From the NCBI RefSeq assembly GCF_030144855.1, contig NC_082731.1, positions 20,832,001-20,896,000 of the forward strand: 64,000 bases of DNA, given 5' to 3'. Position 1 is the first letter of the stretch. Each line of letters starts with the position of its first letter. Made by a program: the position numbers and the translations under genes. Source of the stretch: Hypanus sabinus (taxonomy: Eukaryota). The notes beneath the pieces were generated by a model. It did no database searches, was not told where the DNA came from, and worked only from the letters and a program-made list of their open reading frames with translations. Shown piece after piece: positions 37,720-50,161 of the stretch.

Positions 37720-38440
37720 TTTTCATTTGAATTGCAAGGTTTCAAAGTTAAGGTGTTATGTCTGTCAACACTGTGGGGCCCTTTGTCTCTGGGGAAGGAG
37801 GAGCTTTGGATTATATCTAAGATAAAGGCGCTATCCTGCTAGCCAAGACCACAGAATGTGAGCGTCCTGCCTTCCTTCTTTGCGTTTTGCAGATATTATC
37901 GCAAGGTGGTCAATACATACTGTAAAGTGAGTCACCCTGTAAAGAAGCTTGTGTTCGATTACCCTCCCTCGGGGACAAAAGGGACGATGACTAAAGGAGC
38001 GGGCGATAAATATTACCTTAGCCCTTCGGAGCCTTTTGGAGCGAGATGGGATTCGAAAATTTGAAGAGGCATGACAAGAGGTGTAAATTCACTCAGAGCC
38101 TGACTTAAACCCTATAGCTAGAGAGTTGAGTCCGCTGCGACATGGTGGAATGAAGACCCACCAGCATAAGGGATTACACCGCCCTCCCCACCACCTCCAA
38201 AATGCTATACGGTCTCAAGGATGAAAAAATGACGGTATGGTATATGCTGCCTTTTGATAAATCCGCAATAAATGAGGAAGAGTACTAACATTTCTCACGC
38301 CGAGGAATTTGAAATGCTGTGCATCAGAAGCGAACAGACAGGTTTGCAGCTCTACAATGCAGTCAAGTTGGGCTCTAAAGTAATTGAAAAGGAAGCTGAG
38401 CGGTAGGCACCAATATTGCCGGAAAACAATTATTTTTCAG
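37720..38440 (+). mobile_element. Degenerate Gypsy fragment, copy 3
   Basis: Homologous to 3670-4200; LPSFFAFCRYYRK. Confidence 0.75.
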
Positions 38441-38459
38441 AAGTGTTGCTTCCTCAGAT

Positions 38460-39060
38460 TTTTTTTTGTTTATTATAGAATACCTGAAGATGAAGACAAA
38501 TATGATTTAACACTACTTGTGTCACACAGGAATTTGGAGAAGCGACAAAGCAACTTTTAATGCTTTTAAATGCATAATGGTTCTGATGCTTTGAAATAAT
38601 TTAACTAAGTTAAAAATAAATGAATTTCATTTGTACTCAGTGCCTGAAGCTTCTCGCTTAAATGTCCAACAATCATTCGCCAGCACTGATGGATTCCAGA
38701 TGCCGTTGTATATTTTCTCAATGACAGCAATGTCCTGGTGAAACCTTTCACTATTCTCGTCACTAACAGCACCATGATTTGCAGGGAATAAGCCCAAATG
38801 AGAACACATAAAAATATTCTTCAGTGGCATATGGCATTTCATGGTTTTAAATGTATGAAACATGCTTTCAACCAGCTGAATGTAGTTTGGTGCTCTGTAG
38901 ATGCCGATAAAATGTCAACAACTTCTTTGAATGACTGTATGGTGATTGCATATCAGTGTACATTTCCTTTCACGGAGAGTTGTGGGTGCGTAGAACGATC
39001 AGTCAGGTGTTGTGGTAGTTCCAGATATATTGGGGTAATTATGAAATTCTTAATTAACAA
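38460..39060 (-). mobile_element. DNA transposon transposase C-terminal remnant (Chapaev3/CMC-like, tentative)
   Basis: SHLGLFPANHGAVSDENSERFHQDI...WNPSVLANDCWTFKRE. Confidence 0.65.
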
Positions 39061-39332
39061 GATAGATGAATGAAAATAAACAGAGGGATGTTTAGGATGC
39101 AAATGTTAAATTAATGTTAAAGTCGGTAAAGTATTCGTCACGTTCTTGGGCGAGTACCAATATAGTACTGGAATGTTATGATCAATGTCAGACTCTTGGT
39201 GAGGAGAGAGGGAAAGAGTGTGTGCGTGTGAGAGATGGAGAGACAGCAAGAGAGAGAAAGGAGTAGGGAGAGAGTAAGGGACAGAGAAACAGACAGAGAG
39301 AGAGAGAAAGAGAGATATAGATATACAGAGGT

Positions 39333-39479
39333 NNNNNNNNNNNNNNNNNNNNNNNNNNNNNNNNNNNNNNNNNNNNNNNNNNNNNNNNNNNNNNNNNNNN
39401 NNNNNNNNNNNNNNNNNNNNNNNNNNNNNNNNNNNNNNNNNNNNNNNNNNNNNNNNNNNNNNNNNNNNNNNNNNNNNNN
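39333..39479. other. Assembly gap (147 N)
   Basis: N run. Confidence 1.
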
Positions 39480-39720
39480 ACGCCCACCAGCTGCTGAACA
39501 AAAGTTTGGAAAATGATAGTTTTATTGCGTGTTCCAATCTAATCATAAGACATTTAAAAGTACTCCACCTATTCCAGAATCCAAAGACTAATTGCTGAAG
39601 AAATGACGCCTTCGATTGGCAATATTTCCGTTCTGAAATGTCTCCGTATATTTGCACACTGTTTAATGTGTCCGTTATTCAAATACCCCGAACAATGCAA
39701 CAGGCGGCTCAGTCTGTTTT
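39480..39720 (-). pseudogene. Possible fossil V 'I' (paralogs 61715-61940 and 8920-9075), 3' end lost at a GA microsatellite/gap
   Basis: TLNCVF in copy 4; NKT..FSKL..SS resembles V1 NKSKKYSELSI. Confidence 0.3.
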
Positions 39721-40844
39721 GGGTGTGGATTTCTCTGAGATCTGACATCATCGGATGTAATCATTGGCACAAACCAGTGTATTTGTTAAAATACGAACAT
39801 CACTCCAGTGTGAAATGTTTCGGACATAGAGATGTTAAAGCCGACTGCTGCTCGTCATAATCCTGGTTTTCGATATTGCAGCTGTCACGTGTCCAGCAAC
39901 AGTTAATATATAATTGAGTCGAGTTTCTAAACAAACATAAACATTTATAAACTTCTGCTCAACAATAGCTAAAAATATTTAAAGTTATGTGCTATATGGC
40001 AACACTGGAACAGTTCTTAAAGTGGTAAAATCGAACACAGTCTTAAAGTGGCAAATACGAACACATATTTAAAGGGGTAAATTCGAATGTCCAAATGATT
40101 TATACAGTCATTTAGAAGAAACTTTCCTAAAGTAAAGAATTCCTCGACGACGTTGTGTTACTACTGATCCCAGCTGAAATATGCCTTACCCGAAGCATTC
40201 ACAGCGAAGGAAATAAAACCGTTTAAGGGAGCACACCTTTTTCGTCTGGAGGATAGATACTGTTCCATACTTTCCTGCTCTGCAGAATTTATCTCAAATG
40301 CAGGCCACTATTCATGTACGAAGATTCAATAATGCCTATCATTTCTAAAACCAGAGAACGACGCCAATTTTCCCCACTTCTTTCTTCACTCTCCAATCCT
40401 GGACTGTGAAAGGTAAATCAAAAATACCCCAATCAAAACTGGCAGCGATTGGCGAACCTGCCGTCACAACGATTTTACCTTACAATAGAAAGTAAAACTC
40501 CACTATAAAACGAAACTGCTTCAGGAGACGAATACGTGGTAAAACTAAAAACTGACGAAGTAACTGTCGAACCAACCAACACAAAACACCTGCATCATCG
40601 CAGGGCTTTCCTGTTTTGTCCCTGTTGGAACAGGCAATCACATGACTTCGCACAGGCAGGAAAATTGCATCATGTGACCTTACACTAGCTGGAAAAATAA
40701 CATCACACCAGCAGCACAACCATTACATCATGCTCATAAGATATTCAATTACACCATGCTTATACGACAGTCACAAAATGCCCCCGGGGTATGTTATAGC
40801 AGAGATACCCTGTTTTATAACTTATACAAAACCGCTGTGAATTG

Positions 40845-41015
40845 CGCAGCATGGTGGCAGAGCGGCTGGCGTTAGAAATTTTAGTATCATCGACGCATAT
40901 TCAATTTCGAACCCGTCTGAAAGGAGCTTGTACGTTCTCTCCGTGATTGCCTGGATTTCATCCGGCTGTATTGATTTCCTCTCATAGACCAAAATCGTAC
41001 TAATGTCAGCCATCA
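40845..41015 (+). mobile_element. tRNA-derived V-SINE-like element
   Basis: tRNA-like head, then GGAGCTTGTACGTTCTCTCCGTG core; absent from copy 4. Confidence 0.6.
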
Positions 41016-41469
41016 CTTTAGCTGGCCGAAGCTCTAAGTATTCACGCGTATGATACTCTGGCTCACTGAGTCAACCACTATGAACATAGGAAGAGGACGA
41101 TATGAAGCGGCTGCACATTAGTAGAGTTAATAACAGTCTTGAAATGCATGACATGACTTTTTTCAGTAAATGGGGAAGAATATGTCTTTTGAGTCCATAA
41201 CTAAAGTATCAATCTATCTACTCACATTCTTCTTGCTTTCCAACTTACTTGACGTACCTTCCATTACGTACAAAACATGGTTTGCAACCGAAGGGCGAGA
41301 ACTTTCGGAAATATAGATGAATGAATATTAATGCCATCAGATCCGTGAGTACCAAGGCAGAACAGGAAGTTTTTTTTCCCCTCAAAACAAAGACAATCCC
41401 CGGTGTGGCCGTAAAGGAAGCCAAACACTAATAATTCCTTTTGAGAATGGAAATCGTATTGTTATTTGC

Positions 41470-42350
41470 AATCACCTGGATATCTGCTTCATGGCTGTTC
41501 ACTCAAAGGTGGTACATCCGAACATCAAATGTATGCACATCTCTGCATTTAATGCTATTATCTCTTCAAAACTATTCAATACGTTTCAAGGCCTCGGTTT
41601 CTCCTTGGAAAACTGGATGTTCGATTTCCACATATGCAGAACCAGTCAGTTCGGATTAGCAATAATATCTCACCCATAATTTCCATCAACACAGTTGCAG
41701 CACAGGTCTGTGTGCTATTCCTCCTACTCTACTCACTTTAAACTACTGACTATGTGGCTAACATCAGTTCAACCGCTCTATTTACATTTGCTGACGATAT
41801 TGTTTGCCGAATCAAGTGTGATAACGATTCTGTAGAGAAGAAGGAGATTGAAATCTGTCACAACACTACGATCTTATTCAATGTGAATAAGACCAAGGAG
41901 CTGATAACCTAAGGTACATGTACCAGACTTTATCAGAAGAATCAGTGATAGTGATGGTCAGCAACTTTATCACCTCTGCTTCCTGAAGTTTGCTAAGGTA
42001 CATTCTGACATGGGCACACTCCGACATAAGATTATATTGATTGGCTTCATCACACTTGATGGAAACTACAATGCTTGTGAACAGAACATCGTACAAACAG
42101 TAGTTGATACATCAACGTCCATCACCTATATAACATGGCACATCATTAAGCATAACTACAGAGATCGTTGTCGCAGGAAAGCAACAATCATGATCAGGGA
42201 CGCTCACCCCATTATTTTCACTATCAGGGAAAAGGTAAATGAGGCTCAAGACTCACGTTTGCAGGTTCAGGAAAATGGCTTACCTCTCAAATATCAGGCT
42301 GTTGAACCAGAAAGGAAGAACTCGTATCTTCACTGTTGTGTGCCATATTT
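41470..42350 (+). mobile_element. Ancient Rex1/Babar-type RT remnant, copy 3
   Basis: SAFNAIISSKL...FTFADD; NVNKTKEL. Confidence 0.7.
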
Positions 42351-42459
42351 CACTGCCTCTATTATAGTTACTGAATTTCCTCAGTATGATCACAAGGAAA
42401 TGTTCTCAGTGTTAAAATTACTTTGAACTTTGTTTTGGGGTCACAGCGAAAATGCCCTA

Positions 42460-42718
42460 ATAACCTCTCCAATCTAGCCCTATTCTATTCTGTCATTCTA
42501 GGCCGCACGTCGAGCGTCAGGCAAAGTTGGTGCCCACGAAGGATAGGCAGGAAATCTATTGAATCATCTGGAAAGACTGAATGGGCCCTGTTCCGTGGAG
42601 AGCGAAGTGATGAATGGGCAATATTAGCACCTATTCCATTTGCAAAAAAAACTGACAGCATCGAGTTCAGTATGCAGTTGCCTTGACAAAAATATACTCT
42701 CACAGAGCGCGACCTCTC
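42460..42718 (-). pseudogene. Fossil V 'H', copy 3
   Basis: CTTTCAG acceptor; VSFFCK..GIGANIAH, RSP..A, LTLDVRP..T. Confidence 0.45.
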
Positions 42719-44734
42719 CTGAAAGCGAAAAAAAAATGGAGAGTTGGAGAGAAAGCTGGTCTTCGACACGTCTTGTGGACGAGAGCGGACGTTCAATGGA
42801 GTCATGTACTGGCTGAATCTCCTAAGTACATTGGGAAATTTATTCCTCTCAAAGCGATAGGACGATGGGAAATGGAGTAGATGCGCGTGAGATGAGTATT
42901 GATTTTAGAGGGAGGAATCCCCTGTATTTTAGATAATGATAACATATCAAGCGTTCTTTCAATTTTATTGAAAACATCATACTGAGAATGGGACACAGAG
43001 GAGACAGGATAACAACGACAGAGGGCGACCATTTATACCAGTGAATGTGTGGGAAAAGGTCTAGTAAAGATAGCTGTACGAGTATGTATATTTATAAAAT
43101 ATATCAGAAGTATGTGTACAAGCCGTTGACTGAAATCCCCAGTGAGAATATTGTTGATATGTGAGATAACCACATGTTTCTTCTTTTATGATATTGATGA
43201 GAGTTTTGCCTGATCAGTATATGAGCACATCTTTCGCCATATGCTGTCTGTTCATGGACCACCCCTACAAAATATTAATCTATTGCCATTGTCCACTGGG
43301 GCAATGAAAGATTTATGGCGGCTTGTTCCATGTAAACAGGGCAGAAGTCCTGTAATAGAATTTTAGTCGGAGCATAGGTAAAACGACTAAAATACAAAAA
43401 ATATACATAAAATATAGAAAAGAATAGTATCGCGTTCGTGCTGAGCACTCGGTATTTTAAAACCATTCAATTACTTTTCTGATGTTAGTTAGAATGCGTT
43501 TCTACATTACTTTTCCAGCTCTGTTTATTTTGATGAGCTCGCCCTCTTTCGAGCTCACGTGAAATTTTTGAAAGACTTTTCTTGTTGCAGTGCAAAAGAT
43601 ACTTTTATACATTCTCTTTGGCAGTGGTACATAGCGGAGTAGCGTTTGAAAAGAATAATTATGTATATTTTTTACAAATGTCATACCATGTGTCTATTTT
43701 GTCCCTTTATTGATTTGCTTTCTCTGCTGTAATCCACAACGATTGCTTTGGTTGTTGGCTATCCAGGAATACATCTGGGACAGCACAACGTGGTTGCAAA
43801 GTTAATTTCAAAACTGTCTTACCTTTTCATGAAAGGTATTTTAACCGAACAAATGTTCCACGATGTCTTGATCTTCTCAGTGCAACTGTAAAATAAATAA
43901 TAAATCACAATCAACAGTTCCAACAAATTGCAAACTTAAATAGTGTAAGGGTCGTTGAAGGATATCGAGACTAGTTTCGAACATTACAGTACTATTCTAG
44001 AGTACCTTCCGATAGTAAAATAGTATTCTAGGTTAATATCGATTATTACAATGAAGTAACAAATTACGGAGGAGGAACATAATAATGAGGAGCGGCAGGA
44101 ATCTTCCTTTTAAAATAAAGTTCCCGACACTGTAATTTTGGAATAGTGCATTGGAAACAGGCTGCCGGATTGAAAACAGAACAAAATCTGTCGAATTCCA
44201 CCATCCTCAAGAGCAGACTAACAGTATCAAATTTGTGACAAAAGGCTTTCAAACGTGGTGCAGCATTCGACATGTCAGCTCGCAACCGGCAATGATAGGT
44301 AAAAAATGGATTGAAGTCTTTGTGTGTCAGCATTAACTGCACAATGCCGCTCGGCGGTGTGCGAAGTTAATGAAGCTAGAGGGCGCCATGGAGAAGACTG
44401 TCTTCAAACTACGCTTGCTCGTCGAGGCAACATATATGCCAAAATTATGAAAGGCAATGTAACGAAGTAAGTGTGACAAAATGGAGATAGTATCAGACAG
44501 TAAACAGAAACGAGCTAAAACTTCTGGCGCGCAATATTTCTTCGTCTGTCAGTGGTGTCTGCGAATTTAGCCTTTCTCTGAATAACTTCAGAACTTAACG
44601 AAAAGATAGTAGCGTTGATTGTTTGTACAGACAACTTTGAGACTTGAAGTAAGCCCAGAGTTTATTTTGTGCAGTTGCTTCCAATGGCACTGAGTATTTG
44701 CAAATACTTCTTAATAGGCAATCGATGGGAGGGG

Positions 44735-45105
44735 CATTTACAGTTTGTCCTGTTATCGTGCACACCACTGAAAATGGTAAAATGTATATTTTCTATCTTC
44801 TTCTCAGATATTTGCTGGATTGCATTTGCACAAGATGATGTGCATTGCTGGGTCCTCTCAACGAGCTGGAGCTCTGCTGTTATACAGCATGCAGTGTTTC
44901 GGCGCGTCATGTATTAGCCAATTAAAGTATGATGTAAAGGAGGAAGTACAACAGCTCCAACAGGTGTTTATATTTCTTCCCGGCCGACTTGAATATCCAC
45001 GGCTATAGTTACTGACAAACAAATTCAAAAGAAAAAAATCCAGGTATCAACAAATGACAGACAGCTCTGCTGATGCACAGTTATATCTTTATAGAAATTG
45101 CAAAA
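44735..45105 (+). pseudogene. Possible fossil V (copy 3 only)
   Basis: 52-nt ATG exon with GTAAAA donor and TTCTCAG acceptor only 31 nt apart; VMY(TAG); QMTDS; CACAGTT + 17 nt + GCAAAAATA. Confidence 0.3.
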
Positions 45106-45269
45106 ATATAAAATTCAAATGATGTATTCCTTAACTCCATCGTTGTCAAATATTTCTGAAGTTGGCACATAAGGAACAATTTCTTCATTGTTTTATGATT
45201 GTCGACACACTCTATCGCTAATAGAAATATTACAGAAACAACAGGGAATGATTGCAATCAAAGGCAACA

Positions 45270-45420
45270 CGAGTGAATCTGCAGATACTGGAAATAAATA
45301 AAAACACAGAAAATGCTGGAGGAACTGATGAAGGTTTTCGGACCGAAACGTCGTCATTACTTCCTCCCATAGATGCTTCCTGGTCTGCTGAGTTCTGCCA
45401 GCATTTTGTGTTTCATTTGA
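45270..45420. mobile_element. Short non-autonomous Penelope-terminus element with a hammerhead ribozyme core
   Basis: Inverted arms AAATGCTGG/CCAGCATTT; CTGATGA-AGGTTTTCGGACC-GAAACGTC at 45325-45352. Confidence 0.7.
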
Positions 45421-45999
45421 TTATTGCAATCAGTTGTGTCAACCCTTTATCGTGTACTACGAGCTAATAATTTTACATTTAATTTTAGATTCACAATATC
45501 AGCTTCGGGATGCCTCTTATCTCAGGCATCAGCATTGCTAAGCTTTAATCAACCAGCTCAAATCCTGGTTCACAGATCCTCTTCCAACAATTGGATTAGA
45601 TTTCCTTAACGGGACACCTCCTGGTAAACCACTTGGAAAGAACATCTCATGGTCACTGATGATCAACAGTGCCGCAATTTAACCATACAATCTCGACCAT
45701 TATCCCAGCACGATTCTGAGGCTTCGTGGAGCTCCTAGCTCTTCGTTAAATTTGACAGTAAAATAGATATTGTTTGCATAATTACGGATAGTGACGGAGA
45801 GGCGTATGGCATTTATAGAGATCGGCTGCTTGAGTGCTATCTTAGTAAGACCAAAATTAATTTGGCACTTCAGGAACGGAAGTCGATGAAACAGATCCCG
45901 ATCTCTATCGAGGAATCATAATTAGTAAGGAATGCGTTTGGAATGCGTGGCTGTCGACATCTCTGTGGATTTATACTTGGCACAATTACAAAGAATGCA

Positions 46000-46500
46000 T
46001 GACAGAGGCTGAATGTCACTGGGGGTTTGAAAATTAGTCCATCAAGTACTCACAATAATTTCTAGAGATATATGGGGACAATTATAGCTGGTTGCGTCTG
46101 TGTCTGGTATAGTAGGGAACTACAGTGGAACTAAAAAAAACAAAAAAAAAGCGCGGAATATTTCAAACTCAGCCAGCTTTATCATTGACACCACACCCGA
46201 AAGAATCCAGGATATCTGCAGTAGGCGATACTTCGAAGAAAGGACTCATTGTGAACTCCCCAGTTACCATACCGAGGTGTGCCGTCACGCTCAACCCTTC
46301 AGGAATCTCCCGTCAGCTTTCCGAGTACAGGTCAGCCCAAAATATGCCTCAGTATCTTTCCCCTCACTTTTCGCAATGCTAATTTAATTGATAATTAAAA
46401 TGCACCTATTGTGGTATTGCATCATAATTGTTATGCATTGCAATGCTTCCTGACGCAAAACAACTTTTGCACGTCAGAATTTCAAGGAGGCATGTGGGAT
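46000..46500 (+). mobile_element. Degenerate Rex1/L2-type LINE 3' fragment
   Basis: ACAATTATAGCTGGTTGCGTCTGTGTCTGGTATAGT, the xxGC..WY motif typical of these tails. Confidence 0.5.
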
Positions 46501-46663
46501 ATGTGCATAATTTCATAATATATTTGCTTATAAGTTTGACATTTCATCTCAACTGTCCTTGTCCTCCGAAAAATATTGAAGCAGACTTCTTATAACAAAT
46601 TGCATCAGGATTAATTATCATTTCATTGTGGACACACAAACTACATCGTGGAACTTTTTATTT

Positions 46664-47100
46664 ATGCTGGTGCTTTCCTCCACAACGTATGTCAATCTCT
46701 AGCAATCTCTCCACAAGTTATCAGCACTAAAATCGTCATCTGTGCCTTCTCAAAGAAAAATCGTTATCGTATTGTCTTTGCGGTTTTTATTGTTGTTTAA
46801 TCTCCAGGGAGATTAAAAACCCATGAATTACACACTTGGCTGATCATCCAGTGGGAATGGATGAGTGAAACTCCTTTTAGTGTCCATTTATAAAATTTGC
46901 CTTATCTGCTGTTCCAAAATATGAGTTGTGTGCATATAGCGAAGTTGTATTTAGTGGATTTACCACAATCAGCTCATAGACACCGGATAAATAATACGCG
47001 AGTACATGGACATCATGCTCTGAAGAAGATCTGCCATTTCTGACCACTGCTTAGCGGGACCACGATGGGCTGTCTACTTTTGAACTGGCAGTGAAAAACT
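46664..47100 (+). pseudogene. Fossil V 'E', copy 3
   Basis: Same TGC at the Trp position; CACGATG 47061-47067 + 23-24 nt + (G)TGAAAAACT. Confidence 0.7.
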
Positions 47101-48999
47101 GCCATGGACGAACAATTGAAATTATTGGGACCTAATGATTCTGCTGGTTATCCGCCTCTGAATTCACTGTCAGTTAAATGCAGTAAATATATTAGTGGCG
47201 TCTCACCAATAGTAAAGTACACACATATTCGTGTTCCGGGAGAAGTCAGGAACTTTTTGTAAATTAAATACTTGTCGAGTTTTGTAGAATGCATATTGGT
47301 GGACGAAAAGCTACTTTGTGGGGTTTCTTTTTTGTTTCCAATTTAGCGGTGAGAGTAAAGCACTGATGGAAAATAAATGCAAAAAAAAAAAAAACACATG
47401 CCTCTTTAACCTTCCTGGGTTCTACATCGTGGAACAATTGCACGTAGCCACGTCAGATATTAGCTCAATAACAATGCTCAGACGAGGTGAAACAGAAGTG
47501 AGGTATGAGCGTAACGGCGACAACGTTCAATCCTGCGCCGTTTGGTGACCATATATTGGGGCGGGAAATACAAAAACCTTCTCAGTAATGAATGGATTGG
47601 AGAAGGAGGCCTCTATCGAATGGAAGACTGTGACAGACATCTGCTTATTAACGGAGCCATGCTAAGTGAATTGAAGTGATAAGAATTTAAGAGATTTATT
47701 AACATTCTGTCCAGATAATGAAGGGTATTTATGCCGCTCAATGAGAAAAGGGTAGGTATTTAAAATTTATTTTTAAGATTGGAATGATAAATTTTAGATT
47801 TTTTACTGGTTATTTTCCCAGTAACCAAAAACAGAAAATACAGCTTTTCAGGGCAAATTACTTGATTCAAAATAAAAAGGTTATTTTTATATATTTCACG
47901 AAATTCATCAAAATGAAATGTACAATTTGCCAGTTGAAGATACATTGTCCTATTATCGAAAGGTGTCGTACAGTGTCTTCCGATCGTAGCTTAAAGTTGT
48001 CAATCGAACGGCAGAATATAGATGGGACAATTTTAGGACAAACGAGATGGAGAGTTATAATTTCTGAATATGCACAACGTTCAACTGAGAGATTAATAAC
48101 AATTATCGTGCTTATACCATATGTAGATTTTGGTGGATAAGCGCTGGGAGTTAATTCAAAATATTCAATCGTCTTGATAGTTTAGAACGTGTATATTGAT
48201 TTATTTAGAGTCTCAAATGCAAGTACAATGCTTAAGACAATAAAGACGCATTGTGTCAACCCTGTTCTGAATTAAGTGACCTAATTTCTGAAAGCAAACG
48301 CCATTCATATCGCCAATTGTACAGTGTTTTGTCTTCTAGCAGTAGTCAATCGAAATATATTGCGAACGTTATCTTATTTGTATGTGCACGAATGAAAACT
48401 GTCGGTAAACGCAATGGATCGTGACTCAGATCACTGCTTGTTGCAAATACACAGCGTTTATTTATATCGGAAATAATCTGACGCTGGTGTTTAAATAGGG
48501 AAGTCTCTCGCGAAAATAAACGAGATTTAAAACAGCAACCCAGCAAAGTGCGATTCATTCATTGATTGAAATCAAAAGCCACTTACTTGCTTCTGAGGGA
48601 TTTCTCTAAACGATAGCTTCTTCACAGTTTGAAGTATAATGTTCATCGAGACGTACGATTCTTAGGGCAAAGTTTTGTCTGTTTCAATATTAAAGTTCCC
48701 ATTACAAGGATTAATGAATCCTTACTGATCATGATGCCAACTTCGGATGTCAAATGGTGAATATTCAGAGAAATTAAGTAACACGTAGGAATGACTGAAA
48801 ATGACGTGGTTTGATAAATATTACAGCCATCGAAGAACAAAAACATCCATGGCAAATGCTAAGTGAATACGTCACTAGTGATATATGTCACTGTGACATA
48901 TATGAAATCATTGGACTCAACCTTCAGACTTCATTCAGCACTTAGTTTAACCTTGTTTATTTCGCCCTCTATCGAGCTCTCGAAGAAACTGTGAAACTA

Positions 49000-49038
49000 G
49001 GTTTTTGTTCGAGATTGTTGATTTTTTAAAACACTGTG
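49000..49038 (-). other. 23-RSS of V3
   Basis: CACAGTG 49032-49038, 23-nt spacer, ACAAAAACC 49000-49008. Confidence 0.95.
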
Positions 49039-49515
49039 TGCTCATCGCGCAGAGGTACGTGGCTGAGTCAGATATTATAGCGTTCTCAATCGAGAGTTCA
49101 GAATATTTTTTGCTGTTATCATAAGAAGCAGATAATCGGTCGGTTACATCCTTATTTCGGTTTACTGTCTTTCCGATGATTCGAATCAAATACTGTGGTC
49201 GCTGTCTTGGGCACTGCCTGTACCAGAAAACATACACGGATGCAACAGCATTTGTTTTTAAAGTACAGTTTAGAGTAATATTCCTTCCTTCTTCGATCAT
49301 CATTGCATCCAATGCCTGTTCTACGGAGTCTTGAAGGCTCCAGTCTAACAGTAAAATAAAAAAAAACAATAAGCTCTACATCGAACAACATGGATACATA
49401 AATAGAAAATAAAACGCGTCTACAGAGAATTAAGCAGGTCTGGAATATTACAGAGAAGGAACATCTTACCCAGAAGAAACATAACAATGATGAGCGGCGT
49501 GAGGCAGGTCTTCAT
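49039..49515 (-). CDS. TRAV: Intact TCR alpha/delta-type V gene (V3): leader 49470-49515, V exon 49039-49344
   Basis: Leader MKTCLTPLIIVMFLL, G|GTAAG donor, TTAG acceptor. V exon is open, 306 nt (one codon longer in CDR1), and ends YLCAMS. Confidence 0.95.
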
Positions 49516-49615
49516 AATCACTCTGTTTGACTCTGTATTCCAGCAACCACAGAGTGGAGTCTCATTGCTAGAGTATAAATACACATAAGCTTGGACAAAC
49601 CGACCAATCACATCA
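49516..49615 (-). promoter_or_regulatory. V3 proximal promoter: TATTTATA (49574-49581) and CCAAT (49604-49608)
   Basis: Position conserved relative to the leader ATG. Confidence 0.55.
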
Positions 49616-50142
49616 GGCAACACAGGTGCTGAGTCTCGAAAGACACAATAGGCGTTCAGACGTAGTAGAGGAAATGAAATTTGGCGAACAGGGTCGTAGA
49701 GGTGCACAACAAAGGAGTCAAACTCTTTGCGAGCTGACAGAAACACCGCAGCGCCACGCATAGGCGAATTAATACGGGGCAGCTGCCATTTCTCGTGGAG
49801 AACACTGTCAATAATTTGCGCATGCTCATCGAGGCAGATTAAACGGGAGTGGAACGAACTGTGAGTACAGCAAAAGATGCAAGAACAGTCTTTACTCTTC
49901 GCTGATGTGGATTTCTGGCAGAAGTTAGAGACGGCAGAATTGATCTGAAAAGCAGAAATGAGCACGCTGCGCAGTGCACGATACTTCGACGTGTTCACAT
50001 GCAAACGATGAAAGTAGCTTTTCTCTGAATATCTTAGCAATTAATTAGGTGTATGGAAGTAGTGAGTATTTGTGTATAGGCTGTTGTGACGTGAAAGAAG
50101 CACCGAGCTCATGTCACATCACCAGGAGCAAAAAAAATATAT

Positions 50143-50161
50143 ATTTCAACAGATGGCAGCA
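50143..50161 (+). promoter_or_regulatory. CTCF-binding-site-like motif upstream of V3
   Basis: TCAACAGATGGCAG at 50146-50159, paralogous position to the V2 motif. Confidence 0.5.

Noticed and set aside
49039-49344. V3 as a NAR-TCR-supporting V because of its extra Cys
   Set aside because: It has its own leader and promoter, and the Cys is in FR2 rather than CDR1
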